32,000 nucleotides of DNA from an uncultured Opitutales bacterium (GCA_934660865.1 CAKUIA010000005.1:30001-62000), one strand, 5' to 3'. Positions 18,525 through 27,974 are shown, counted from the first letter of the stretch. Notes: generated by a model not told the origin, from the letters alone. A program made the numbers and translations.

Positions 18525-18760
18525 TTTGTTCCTTTAAATCTTTTTTAATCTATGCCGCCTATAAACGGCAAATATAAAGTTTCCTATCGAACTTTCCAAA
18601 ACAAAAAGCCCTTTTGCGCCCCAAAATTGCGCAAGCAAAGCCCTTGCGGAAAGCTCCGATTATTTTATTAAAAGTTTTACGTAAACTTTAACCAAAGCCG
18701 TGCCTCTTGCAAAACAATTCTCTTGATTGGCGCAGAAATTTTATAGATTATACGCAAACT

Positions 18761-19885
18761 ATGGCCAAGTTGGATAAAGACGGCAAGCTTGCCGATTTGC
18801 TTAGAATCAACCGGAATTTGTCGAAAAAGCTGTTCAGGCTTGACGCGGTTTTTAACGCCCTGCACGAGTCGGTGCTTGTTATGGCGCTGGACAATTCGAT
18901 TTCCTTTGCAAACGAAACGGCAAAAAAAACGCTGTCTATGCCCGACAATTTCGAAGGCTACCCGATATTCAAGATAATACCCGACTTAAAGCCCGATTTA
19001 GACTCGGTAAGAAGCTCGCTTTCGCCGATAACAAAAGAGTTCCAGATAAGCTATCCCGTTCCGCGCTATCTAAAGGCCTACATAGTTCCGCTAGATGGCG
19101 AATTTGCCAACGACGAGCCCCTTTGCGTTATAATTCTTTCGGACGCGACAAAGGAAAAGCTTTCCGAAAAGGAAACCATAGACAACGAAAGGATAAACTC
19201 TATTTTAAAACTCGCTTCGGCAATAGCGCACGAAATAGGCAACCCGCTAAATTCCATGGGCATACACCTGCAGCTTATAAACAGGCTTGCCTCGAAAATA
19301 GACGACGAAAATTTAAAGGCGAAAATTTCCGACAGCATAGGCATTTGCCGCAGCGAAATAAGCAGGCTGGACTCGATAATAAAAAACTTTTTAAAGGCGG
19401 TGCGCCCGCAAAAGGCGCTGCTTGTGGAATGCGACGCGCTTAAGCCCCTGCTGGAAACCGTAAAATCGCTGCAGGCGCAGCTGCAAGACTCGAACATTGC
19501 AGCCGACATACAAGTTCCCTCGCAGCTGCCAAGCGTTTTTGCCGACGAAGCCCTTTTGCGCCAGCTGTATTTTAACCTGCTTAAAAATTCCATAGAGGCC
19601 ATCGGCGCCGACGGGCAAATTACCATAAAAACTTCGTTCGACGACGAATTTTTAAACTTGGTGTTTTGCGATACGGGCTGCGGAATTTCGGCGAAAGACC
19701 TGACGCGCATTTTCGAGCCTTATTTTACAAGCAAGGCAAACGGCAACGGGCTTGGAATGCTTATAGTCGAAAACATAATAAAAGCGCACAACGGCAAAAT
19801 TTCGATAGAAAGCAAAGTAGGCCACGGCACAAAAATTACCATATCGCTAAGAAGGGCGCACCCCGAAATCAGGCAGATACAATAG
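18761..19885 (+). CDS. Cytoplasmic PAS-domain sensor histidine kinase (NtrB/AtoS-like H-box), no adjacent response regulator
   Basis: HisKA H-box SAIAHEIGNPLNSM. HATPase_c N, G1 and G2 boxes (LLKNSIEA, DTGCGI, GNGLGM). No hydrophobic TM segments. The track start at 18707 is a TTG, so I chose the ATG at 18761 (MAKLDKDG...). Confidence 0.8.
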   Translation: MAKLDKDGKLADLLRINRNLSKKLFRLDAVFNALHESVLVMALDNSISFANETAKKTLSMPDNFEGYPIFKIIPDLKPDLDSVRSSLSPITKEFQISYPVPRYLKAYIVPLDGEFANDEPLCVIILSDATKEKLSEKETIDNERINSILKLASAIAHEIGNPLNSMGIHLQLINRLASKIDDENLKAKISDSIGICRSEISRLDSIIKNFLKAVRPQKALLVECDALKPLLETVKSLQAQLQDSNIAADIQVPSQLPSVFADEALLRQLYFNLLKNSIEAIGADGQITIKTSFDDEFLNLVFCDTGCGISAKDLTRIFEPYFTSKANGNGLGMLIVENIIKAHNGKISIESKVGHGTKITISLRRAHPEIRQIQ

Positions 19886-19932
19886 AAAAACATTTTGCGC
19901 AGCCAACGCAAAGCCTTTACACGAAAAAAAAC

Positions 19933-19965
19933 AAAAAGCCCCGCAAAAAACTGCGGGGCTTTTTT
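19933..19965. terminator. Bidirectional rho-independent terminator (kinase on +, zinc-ribbon gene on -)
   Basis: AGCCCCGC 19937-19944 pairs with GCGGGGCT 19953-19960. An A-run lies on the left and a T-run on the right, so it reads as hairpin plus U-tract on both strands. Confidence 0.8.
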
Positions 19966-19986
19966 GCAAAAAAGCGGCTTTGCCGG

Positions 19987-20178
19987 TTATTTTTTGTTTT
20001 TATAGTCGGTTTGGTAGTAGCCCGAACCGTGGAATATTATGCCTGCGCCCTCGCCTATTATTTTACGCAAGGTGTTCTTCCCGCAATAGGGGCACTTTTT
20101 GCGCGGTTTGTCGTTCATGGAATGGAAAATTTCCATATCCTTTTTGCAGTTGTCGCAATGATAATCGTATGTAGGCAT
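19987..20178 (-). CDS. FmdB-family CxxC...CxxC zinc-ribbon protein (63 aa)
   Basis: MPTYDYHCDNCKKDMEIFHSMNDKPRKKCPYCGKNTLRKI matches the FmdB/zinc-ribbon small-protein pattern. The track ORF start at 20265 adds an implausible hydrophobic extension. The ATG at 20178 gives the canonical MPxYxYxC start. Confidence 0.75.
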   Translation of the reverse strand: MPTYDYHCDNCKKDMEIFHSMNDKPRKKCPYCGKNTLRKIIGEGAGIIFHGSGYYQTDYKNKK

Positions 20179-20249
20179 ATCTTTGTATAAATTAAAATTA
20201 AAAGTTCTACACTTGCCCGAAAATATTTCAATAAAAATATAATCAAGCC

Positions 20250-20286
20250 AAATAAACGCGGGCAAAGGTTTTGCACTTTGCCCGCG
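20250..20286 (-). terminator. Rho-independent terminator after groEL
   Basis: Perfect 11-bp stem CGCGGGCAAAG 20257-20267 with CTTTGCCCGCG 20276-20286, followed on the minus strand by TTTATTT. Confidence 0.7.
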
Positions 20287-20314
20287 AAATATTTATGCGT
20301 TAGGTACTACCGAA

Positions 20315-21964
<1,650 letters not shown>

Positions 21965-21967
21965 TTA

Positions 21968-22264
21968 TTATTTTGTTATAACGGCCAAAATGTCGTCTTG
22001 GCGCAACAAAGAATACTTTTCGTCGCCAATCTTAACTTCGGTGCCGCCGTATTTCGAAATCAGAACCTTGTCGCCGACTTTAACGTCGAATGTAAAGGTT
22101 TTGCCGTCTTCGCATTTGCCCGTGCCCAAAGCGACAACTTCGGCTTCCTGCGATTTTTCTTTGGCGGCGTCGGGAATTATGATTCCGCCCCTGATTTGTT
22201 CTTTTTCTTCGGCTTGCTTAACCAAAACGCGGTCGCCGAGAGGTTTAATATTTATTTTTGCCAT
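21968..22264 (-). CDS. groES: Co-chaperonin GroES (Cpn10)
   Basis: 98 aa. [32 protein letters not shown]... is a typical GroES. Confidence 0.96.
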   Translation of the reverse strand: MAKINIKPLGDRVLVKQAEEKEQIRGGIIIPDAAKEKSQEAEVVALGTGKCEDGKTFTFDVKVGDKVLISKYGGTEVKIGDEKYSLLRQDDILAVITK

Positions 22265-22290
22265 GGTATTATTTTTTTGTTTGTTGTTTT

Positions 22291-22337
22291 AAAAAAATAT
22301 GCAAGAGCCGATTTTTTCGCAAAACTGCGGCTCTTGC
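22291..22337 (-). terminator. Hairpin plus U-tract between dnaK and groES (dnaK terminator, possibly also regulatory)
   Basis: Perfect 10-bp inverted repeat GCAAGAGCCG 22301-22310 with CGGCTCTTGC 22328-22337 (17-nt spacer with inner TTTT/AAAA pairing). On the minus strand ATA and 7 T follow. It starts 16 nt after the dnaK stop. Confidence 0.65.
22294..22322 (-). promoter_or_regulatory. Weak sigma-70-like promoter candidate for groES-groEL, nested in the dnaK terminator hairpin
   Basis: Minus strand reads TTGCGA (22322-22317), 17-nt spacer, TATTTT (22299-22294). Only 36 nt separate the hairpin from the groES ATG, so any groES promoter must overlap the hairpin. Confidence 0.3.
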
Positions 22338-22352
22338 AATATTATTTATAAA

Positions 22353-24299
22353 TTACTTGTTGTCCTTTTTGTCGTCGTCTACAACTTCAAAGTCGGCGTC
22401 TACGGGGCCTTGTTTGTTTGTCGAAGACTGTTGTTGCTGCTGCGCCTGCTGGGCTTGTTGAGCCTGTTGGGCGCCCGCGCCCTGCGGATACAAATTCTGG
22501 GCTTCGGCCTGCAAGAGAGCCGTTAGCGCGTCGATTTGCGCCTTAAGCTCCTCCTTTGTGGCGTTCGATTTTGCAAGAACGTCTTTTGCCGTTTTAAGGG
22601 CGGCGTCTATCTTGCTTTTCGAAGCGGTCGGAACTTTGTCGCCTGCGTCTTTAAGCTGTTTTTCGATACTGTAAACCGCGTTGTCCAACTGGTTTTTAGT
22701 TTCGATAAGCTCTTTTTGGGCGTTGTCTTCGGCGGCGTGCATTTCGGCTTCCTTACGCAACTTTTCTATTTCCTCCTTCGACATGCCGCTGGAGTTTGTA
22801 ATAGTTACGTTCTGCTCTTTGCCGGTGCCCTTGTCTTTTGCCGAAACGTGCAAAATGCCGTTTGCGTCTATATCGAACGTTACTTCGATTTGGGGCAGAC
22901 CGCGCGGAGCGGGAGCTATGCCGTCGAGCCTGAAGTTGCCGATAAGCTTGTTGTCTTTTGCCAAAGGTCTTTCGCCCTGCAATACCCTGATGTCTACAGC
23001 CGTTTGGTTGTCCGAATAGGTGGAAAATACCTGGCTTTTCTTTGCGGGAATTGTGGTATTTCTGTCTATCATTGCAGTAGATACGCCGCCTGCGGTTTCT
23101 ATGGCCAGTGTCAGGGGAGTTACGTCGAGCAAAAGAACGTCGTTAACTTCGCCCTGCAATACGCCGCCTTGAATTGCCGCGCCGCGAGCTACAACTTCGT
23201 CGGGGTTTACGCCCTGGTGGGGGGCTTTGCCTGCCAGCTGGGCCGCAATTTCAACAATCTTGGGCATACGGGTCATACCGCCGACGAGAACCAACTCGTT
23301 AATGGAGCTTTTTGTAAGGTCTGCGTCTTTAAGGCACGCTTCGAAAGGCGCCATTGTGCGGTTTGCCAAGTCTTCGGTAATCTGCTCGAGCTTTGCCCTT
23401 GTAAGGGTTACATTCAAGTGTTTCGGGCCCGAAGCGTCGGCCGTAATAAAGGGCAAGTTAATGTCGGTTTGTTGGGCTGTAGAAAGCGCAATCTTGGCCT
23501 TTTCGGCTTCCTCCTTTAACCTTTGCAGTGCCATGGGGTCTTTGCGCAAGTCTATGCCGTTTTCCTGCTTAAAGCCGTCTACCAACCAGGATATTATAGC
23601 TTCGTCCCAGTTGTCGCCGCCTAAGTGCGTATCGCCGTTGGTGGCTTTAACTTCAAATACGCTGTCGGCAATTTCCAATATGGAGACATCGAAAGTACCG
23701 CCGCCTAAGTCGTATACGGCAATGGTTTCGTCTTTGTCTTTATTGTTGTTTAAGCCGTAGGCCAAAGCGGCCGCAGTGGGCTCGTTTATAATTCTAAGAA
23801 CCTCCAAGCCCGCAATCGTGCCCGCGTCTTTTGTAGCCTGACGCTGTGCGTCGTTAAAATAGGCGGGAACGGTAATAACGGCCTTTGTAATCTTTTCGCC
23901 CAAATATGTTTCGGCGTCGGCCTTCATTTGTTGGAGAATGTCGGCCGAAATCTGTTCGGGGGTAAAGCGCTCGGTTTTGCCCGCAACTTCGCATTCAATC
24001 AAAACTCCGCCATTGGGGCCTTCTACTACCTTGTAGGGAAGGTTTTTGGCTTCTTCCTGAATTTCGCTAAATTTGCGGCCTATTAAACGCTTTGCCGAGA
24101 AAATCGTGTTGTGGGGGTTTGTTATGGCCTGCCTTTTTGCGGCTTGACCAACCAAACGTTCGCCCGTTTTTGTAAAAGCGACAACCGAAGGAGTTGTACG
24201 CGCTCCCTCTCTATTGGGGATAACCTGCGACTGGCCGCCTTCCATAACAGCCATGCAGGAGTTTGTTGTACCTAAGTCAATACCTAATATTTTACTCAT
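22353..24299 (-). CDS. dnaK: Molecular chaperone DnaK (Hsp70)
   Basis: 648 aa from [18 protein letters not shown] (canonical DnaK N-terminus, AAGGAAA 7 nt upstream). The 52 extra residues in the track ORF (start 24455) are intergenic read-through. [20 protein letters not shown] and the C-terminal [10 protein letters not shown] tail are present. Confidence 0.96.
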   Translation of the reverse strand: MSKILGIDLGTTNSCMAVMEGGQSQVIPNREGARTTPSVVAFTKTGERLVGQAAKRQAITNPHNTIFSAKRLIGRKFSEIQEEAKNLPYKVVEGPNGGVLIECEVAGKTERFTPEQISADILQQMKADAETYLGEKITKAVITVPAYFNDAQRQATKDAGTIAGLEVLRIINEPTAAALAYGLNNNKDKDETIAVYDLGGGTFDVSILEIADSVFEVKATNGDTHLGGDNWDEAIISWLVDGFKQENGIDLRKDPMALQRLKEEAEKAKIALSTAQQTDINLPFITADASGPKHLNVTLTRAKLEQITEDLANRTMAPFEACLKDADLTKSSINELVLVGGMTRMPKIVEIAAQLAGKAPHQGVNPDEVVARGAAIQGGVLQGEVNDVLLLDVTPLTLAIETAGGVSTAMIDRNTTIPAKKSQVFSTYSDNQTAVDIRVLQGERPLAKDNKLIGNFRLDGIAPAPRGLPQIEVTFDIDANGILHVSAKDKGTGKEQNVTITNSSGMSKEEIEKLRKEAEMHAAEDNAQKELIETKNQLDNAVYSIEKQLKDAGDKVPTASKSKIDAALKTAKDVLAKSNATKEELKAQIDALTALLQAEAQNLYPQGAGAQQAQQAQQAQQQQQSSTNKQGPVDADFEVVDDDKKDNK

Positions 24300-24311
24300 A
24301 CCATTTCCTTT

Positions 24312-24327
24312 AGCATATTCCGTGCCA
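24312..24327 (-). promoter_or_regulatory. Near-consensus sigma-54 (-24/-12) element immediately upstream of dnaK
   Basis: Minus strand reads cTGGCACGgaatATGCTa against the consensus TGGCACG-N4-TTGCW. The GG and GC doublets are at the exact spacing and only the first T of TTGC differs. Confidence 0.35.
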
Positions 24328-24364
24328 GTTTTAAGATTTTTACATAACTGGCTATTTATAAATG

Positions 24365-24394
24365 TATATCGGAGCTTTTCGCGGTTTTTTGCAA
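24365..24394 (-). promoter_or_regulatory. Sigma-70-like promoter candidate for dnaK
   Basis: Minus strand reads TTGCAA (24394-24389), 18-nt spacer, GATATA (24370-24365). It would give a 5'UTR of about 60 nt. Confidence 0.35.
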
Positions 24395-24445
24395 AAATTT
24401 TCGTTTGCCGCAGTGCGACATATTGTCGCGCCTGCCCGCGCAAAG

Positions 24446-24474
24446 TGTGCCACAAAGGCGGCTAATTTGGCACA
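24446..24474. repeat. Inverted repeat TGTGCCA-N15-TGGCACA in the dnaK/GH28 divergent region
   Basis: Perfect 7-bp arms at 24446-24452 and 24468-24474. It lies 120-160 bp upstream of the sigma-54-like element. Confidence 0.6.
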
Positions 24475-24476
24475 GT

Positions 24477-24503
24477 GCGCAGCAGTTTTGCAAACTGCCG
24501 CGC
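24477..24503. repeat. 27-bp near-perfect palindrome (12-bp arms, 3-nt centre)
   Basis: GCGCAGCAGTTT-TGC-AAACTGCCGCGC. There are 11 Watson-Crick positions and one G.T position when folded. It is intergenic and follows no coding end, so it is not a terminator. Confidence 0.6.
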
Positions 24504-24531
24504 AAGCTGCGATTATTAAAAGTTTTTAGCA

Positions 24532-24559
24532 TTGACTAGCTAAGTTATGCCCCTATCAT
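24532..24559 (+). promoter_or_regulatory. Sigma-70-like promoter candidate for the GH28 gene
   Basis: TTGACT (24532-24537), 16-nt spacer, TATCAT (24554-24559). The ATG is at 24572, so the leader would be very short. Confidence 0.4.
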
Positions 24560-24571
24560 TCGCATTCAATT

Positions 24572-26023
24572 ATGAAGTATATATCGTTAAAAACATCTGT
24601 TATGTTCGCCTTAATGGGGGCGGCAACTTCGCTTTTCGCGGAATCGCAAGACGTTAAAAATTTCGGCGCAAAAGCCGACGGCGCGTTCGACAACACCGCC
24701 GCAATTCAGGCCGCAATAGACAAATGTAGCGCAACGGGCGGCGGCGAGGTTATTTTCTCGGAAACGGGAACGTATATGACAAGCACTTTCGACATTAAGG
24801 ACAACGTTTGCCTTAATATTCCCGTTGGCACCATATTAAAGGGCAACCCGCCCAATAAAAACTACAGGTTGCATGCGCTTGTTGCGGCAAACAAGGTAAG
24901 CAACATCGGCATTACCGGCGGCGGCATAATAGACGGCAACGGAGCCAGCTTTGAAATAAGAGACTGCGCACCCAACAGGGCAAGGCTTGTTTCCATAAAC
25001 GACTGCAAAAACGTAAAGATAGAAAACATAACGCTGCAAAATCCCGCCACTTGGACGCTTTCGCTAGGCTATAACGACACGGTTATAGTAAAGAACGTAA
25101 AGCTTTTCTCGATTTGCAACTTCAACAACGACGGCATAGACATTGCCTCGAAAAACGTTGTAATTAGCGACAGCATTATAACCTGCGACGACGACGGCAT
25201 TTGCATTAAAAATATGCGCAAAGACCGCAAATTTGTCGTGGAAAATATTACCGTTAAAAACTGCGTGGTTGCCTCGAACTGCAACGCCTTTAAAATAGGC
25301 ACCGAAACTTGGGGCGACATTAAAAACATCACGGTTTCAAACTGCGTTGTGCGCCAAACGCCCTTTTCGCACCTAAGAAACTGGAACAAGAAAAACCAAA
25401 AGCAAAAATACTTTTTCCTTGAAGAATCGAACAATGCAATTACGGGCATTGCGATAGAATCGGTAGACGGCGCGCAGGTTGAAAACATCGCATTTTCGAA
25501 CATGGTGCTTACGGGCGTTCAGTGCCCCCTGTTCATAAGGGTTGGCCACCGCAACAAGGACGAAAAGAAAAGCGCCATACGCAATGTTGTAATTAAAAAT
25601 GTCATCGCAAAAAGCGCAAGCTGCATACCCAACACGATTTCGAGCATACCCGAACACACTCTAGAAAACGTTGTAATTAGCGACAGCATTTTCGACATGA
25701 AAGGCTGTGTAGACGAAAGGACGAACGAAACTCTCGCAAGCAAGCCCGTGCCCGAAAACATAAAAAGCTACCCCGAAGTTAGAAGCTTTGGCATAGTTCC
25801 CGCCTACGGTTTTTATATGCGCCACGCAAAGAACATTACCGTAAACAATGTTCAGGTGCGCTACCAAAAAGAGGACTTTCGCGCCCCATTCTATTGCGAC
25901 GACATAGACTACCTTCGCATAATGAACTGCAAAATACAGCCCTCGGCAAACGGCGACGAAGACCCAATCGTTCTTAAAAACGTTAAAAACGCGTCTTTAA
26001 AGAACAATTCGCCATTGCTGTAA
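24572..26023 (+). CDS. GH28 family glycoside hydrolase (polygalacturonase-like parallel beta-helix), secreted
   Basis: 483 aa. Signal peptide ...ATSLFAESQD. NFGAKADGAFDNTAAIQAAIDKC start of the pectate-lyase fold. NNDGIDI and CDDDGICIK catalytic Asp motifs. NAFKIGTE (RIK-like). Confidence 0.88.
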   Translation: MKYISLKTSVMFALMGAATSLFAESQDVKNFGAKADGAFDNTAAIQAAIDKCSATGGGEVIFSETGTYMTSTFDIKDNVCLNIPVGTILKGNPPNKNYRLHALVAANKVSNIGITGGGIIDGNGASFEIRDCAPNRARLVSINDCKNVKIENITLQNPATWTLSLGYNDTVIVKNVKLFSICNFNNDGIDIASKNVVISDSIITCDDDGICIKNMRKDRKFVVENITVKNCVVASNCNAFKIGTETWGDIKNITVSNCVVRQTPFSHLRNWNKKNQKQKYFFLEESNNAITGIAIESVDGAQVENIAFSNMVLTGVQCPLFIRVGHRNKDEKKSAIRNVVIKNVIAKSASCIPNTISSIPEHTLENVVISDSIFDMKGCVDERTNETLASKPVPENIKSYPEVRSFGIVPAYGFYMRHAKNITVNNVQVRYQKEDFRAPFYCDDIDYLRIMNCKIQPSANGDEDPIVLKNVKNASLKNNSPLL

Positions 26024-26044
26024 TCAAGCAATAAAAGGCGCAAA

Positions 26045-26088
26045 ACAAAAAACCCGAAGCCTGCAAAAAGCTTCGGGTTTTGTTTTTT
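26045..26088. terminator. Bidirectional rho-independent terminator (GH28 on +, leuA on -)
   Basis: Perfect 10-bp stem AACCCGAAGC 26051-26060 with GCTTCGGGTT 26070-26079, flanked by A-rich sequence on the left and T-rich sequence on the right. Confidence 0.85.
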
Positions 26089-26112
26089 ATTATAAATTAG
26101 AATTTTGTCGGG

Positions 26113-27804
26113 CTATTCGCCTGCACGGCTTAAATTTACCGCCGAAACCAGCGCCTTTAAGCCCGCAAGCTCTATGCTTGGGTCTACACCGCAGGCCCAG
26201 AAAAGCCCGCCCGAATTTTTCTCTATGCAAATGTAGGCGGCCGAATTTGAGGCCGACCCCGCCCCTATTGCATGCGAGCGGTAGTCTTTTACCTTAAAAT
26301 CTTTTAGCCCGGCCTTTTCCATTGCATTTACAAAGGCGTTGATTGGCCCGTTGCCGGAGGCCGCAATTTCCGCCGCAATGCCGTTTACGGTAATATTTGC
26401 AGCAAGGTTAACGTTCGAGCTGTCGGCGTCGGAAAGCTTTTCCACCTTATGGCTTATAAGCTTTATCGGGCTTGAAAGGTTTACAAACCTGTCGCAAAAC
26501 AGCTTGTATATTTCGTTTGCCGAAAGCTCCTTGCCGAGTTTGTCGGCCTGGGCATTGACATAGTTGCCAACTTCGGGGTGCATGGCCTTTGGCAGGTCGA
26601 AGCCGAAATCGGTATTCAAGATATAGGCTACGCCGCCCTTGCCGCTTTGCGAATTTATGCGTATAATGGCCTCGTAGTCTCTGCCTATGTCTTTGGGGTC
26701 TATCAGCAAATAGGGAACCTCCCAAGCGCAGTTTTCGTCGCCCGTCTTTTTGCGCATGTCCATACCCTTTTTAATGGCGTCTTGGTGCGAGCCGCTAAAG
26801 GCGGTAAATACCAAGTCGCCCGCATAGGGCAGGCGCGGCGGCACTTTCATTGAGGTGCATTTTTCGTATTCGCGCACAATTTCGGGCAGGTTCGAAAAAT
26901 CAAGCTCGGGATCTACGCCCTCGGCAAACATATTTAGGGCAACGTTTACAATGTCGAGGTTGCCCGTTCTTTCGCCGTTGCCGAAAAGCGTGCCCTCTAC
27001 CCTGTCGGCACCCGCAAGCAGGCCAAGCTCGGTAGAGGCAACGCCCGTGCCCCTGTCGTTGTGGGTGTGCACGCTAATAAGCACGGTTTGCCTGTCCGAA
27101 ATATGGCGGCTTACCCACTCTATTTGGTCGGCATAAACGTTGGGCATTGCATACTGCACGGTTTCGGGCAAGTTTATTATAATTTTGTTGTCTACCGTAG
27201 GCTGCCAAACCGCCTTTACCGCCTCGCATATTTCAAGCGCAAATTCAACTTCGGTATCCGAAAAGCTTTCGGGCGAATATTCAAGCGTAATTTTTGTGCC
27301 CTCTTTTTCGGCGGCTTTGGCGTATTCTTTAACAATCTTTACGCCGTTTACGGCCAAGTCGACAATCTCGGCCTTGCTCATTTTAAATGTAATTTTGCGC
27401 TGCAGTACCGATGTGCTGTTGTATAGGTGCACAATGGCGTGTTTTGCGCCCTTTAGGGCGTCGAATGTGCGCTTTATCTGCGCGGGTTTGCTTTGCGTTA
27501 AAACCTGAAGCGCAACGCCTTCGGGCACAAGATTGCCCTCTATAAGCCTTCTTAAAAAGTTGTATTCGGTGTCGCTTGCGGCGGGAAAGCCCACTTCTAT
27601 CTGCTTAAAGCCAACTTTTAGCAAGGTGTTGTACAACTCAAGCTTTTCCTCTATATTCATAGGGGTGGCCAATGCCTGGTTGCCGTCGCGCAAATCTACA
27701 CTGCACCAAATCGGCGCTTTTGTAATATGCGCCGAGGGCCACTTTCTGTCGGGCAGGCTTACAAAGCTGCTCCTTTTGTATTTTCTCAACAGTTCCTTGT
27801 TCAT
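26113..27804 (-). CDS. leuA: 2-isopropylmalate synthase, long (type 2, actinobacterial-like) form
   Basis: 563 aa. RKWPSAHITKAPIWCSVDLRDGNQAL, HTHNDRGTGVA, GNGERTGN, and the C-terminal LeuA allosteric/dimerisation domain. Confidence 0.93.
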   Translation of the reverse strand: MNKELLRKYKRSSFVSLPDRKWPSAHITKAPIWCSVDLRDGNQALATPMNIEEKLELYNTLLKVGFKQIEVGFPAASDTEYNFLRRLIEGNLVPEGVALQVLTQSKPAQIKRTFDALKGAKHAIVHLYNSTSVLQRKITFKMSKAEIVDLAVNGVKIVKEYAKAAEKEGTKITLEYSPESFSDTEVEFALEICEAVKAVWQPTVDNKIIINLPETVQYAMPNVYADQIEWVSRHISDRQTVLISVHTHNDRGTGVASTELGLLAGADRVEGTLFGNGERTGNLDIVNVALNMFAEGVDPELDFSNLPEIVREYEKCTSMKVPPRLPYAGDLVFTAFSGSHQDAIKKGMDMRKKTGDENCAWEVPYLLIDPKDIGRDYEAIIRINSQSGKGGVAYILNTDFGFDLPKAMHPEVGNYVNAQADKLGKELSANEIYKLFCDRFVNLSSPIKLISHKVEKLSDADSSNVNLAANITVNGIAAEIAASGNGPINAFVNAMEKAGLKDFKVKDYRSHAIGAGSASNSAAYICIEKNSGGLFWACGVDPSIELAGLKALVSAVNLSRAGE

Positions 27805-27833
27805 ATTTAGTGTGTTATTCCATTTTATCGCAT

Positions 27834-27875
27834 AAAAAAAGGCAACGCTATTTTATATAATATGCGCCGCCTTTT
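27834..27875 (-). terminator. Rho-independent terminator (leu attenuator)
   Basis: Minus strand reads AAAA-GGCGGCGC (27871-27864), 15-nt AU loop, GCGTTGCC (27848-27841; 6 GC and 2 G.U pairs), then 7 T (27840-27834). It ends 29 nt before the leuA ATG. Confidence 0.7.
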
Positions 27876-27916
27876 CTTTTAAAAAGTGTGTTTTTTTAAA
27901 TGCAAAATCAGCGCAC
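27862..27916 (-). promoter_or_regulatory. Candidate antiterminator of the leu attenuator (27916-27904 pairs with 27875-27862)
   Basis: Hand pairing of GTGCGCTGATTTT (last two sense codons, stop and 4 nt of the leader) with AAAAGGCGGCGCAT gives 9 Watson-Crick and 3 G.U pairs and 1 mismatch. It sequesters the left arm of the terminator. Confidence 0.5.
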
Positions 27917-27973
27917 TGCAACGGCTTCGAGACGAAGTCGCAACAATAGCCCGGATAATGCAATGTTTTTCAT
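27908..27973 (-). CDS. leuL: leu leader peptide (21 aa, MKNIALSGLLLRLRLEAVAVR)
   Basis: Hand-translated short ORF, not in the track. It has 6 Leu codons in 21 (tta, cta, ttg, ttg, ctt, ctc) clustered as LSGLLLRLRL. It lies directly upstream of a terminator/antiterminator and of leuA. The ATG is 1 nt after the phosphohexomutase stop. Confidence 0.65.
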   Translation of the reverse strand: MKNIALSGLLLRLRLEAVAVR

Positions 27974-27974
27974 A

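Noticed and set aside
22311-22330. The word GCAGTTT(T)GC-AAAA is shared by the dnaK-groES hairpin loop and the 27-bp palindrome upstream of dnaK (24477-24503). It could be a common heat-shock operator half-site.
   Set aside because: Words such as CAGTTTTGC, TTTTGC and GCAAAA are frequent throughout this window, including inside coding regions (for example in trpE near 5400). A 9-10-nt shared word is not significant without genome-wide counts.
22428-22472. An imperfect CTG/TTG trinucleotide tract encoding the (AQQ)n-QQQQQ stretch in the DnaK C-terminal tail.
   Set aside because: The DnaK C-terminal linker is normally low-complexity and variable. Nothing indicates phase variation or a separate element.
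24300-24455. A 52-residue N-terminal extension of dnaK in the ORF track. There are comparable extensions for trpF (8402-8593), the zinc-ribbon gene (20179-20265), the histidine kinase (18707-18760), the ROK kinase (12933-12956) and trpE (4847-4858).
   Set aside because: The extensions begin at TTG or distant ATG codons. They overlap upstream genes or intergenic regulatory DNA and precede canonical family N-termini that have their own ATG.
24526-24543. TTAGCattgactaGCTAA looks like CIRCE half-sites upstream of dnaK.
   Set aside because: Only 5-bp arms with an 8-nt spacer are present, against the 9-bp arms and N9 spacer of CIRCE (TTAGCACTC-N9-GAGTGCTAA). It also overlaps the TTGACT -35 box of the GH28 promoter candidate.
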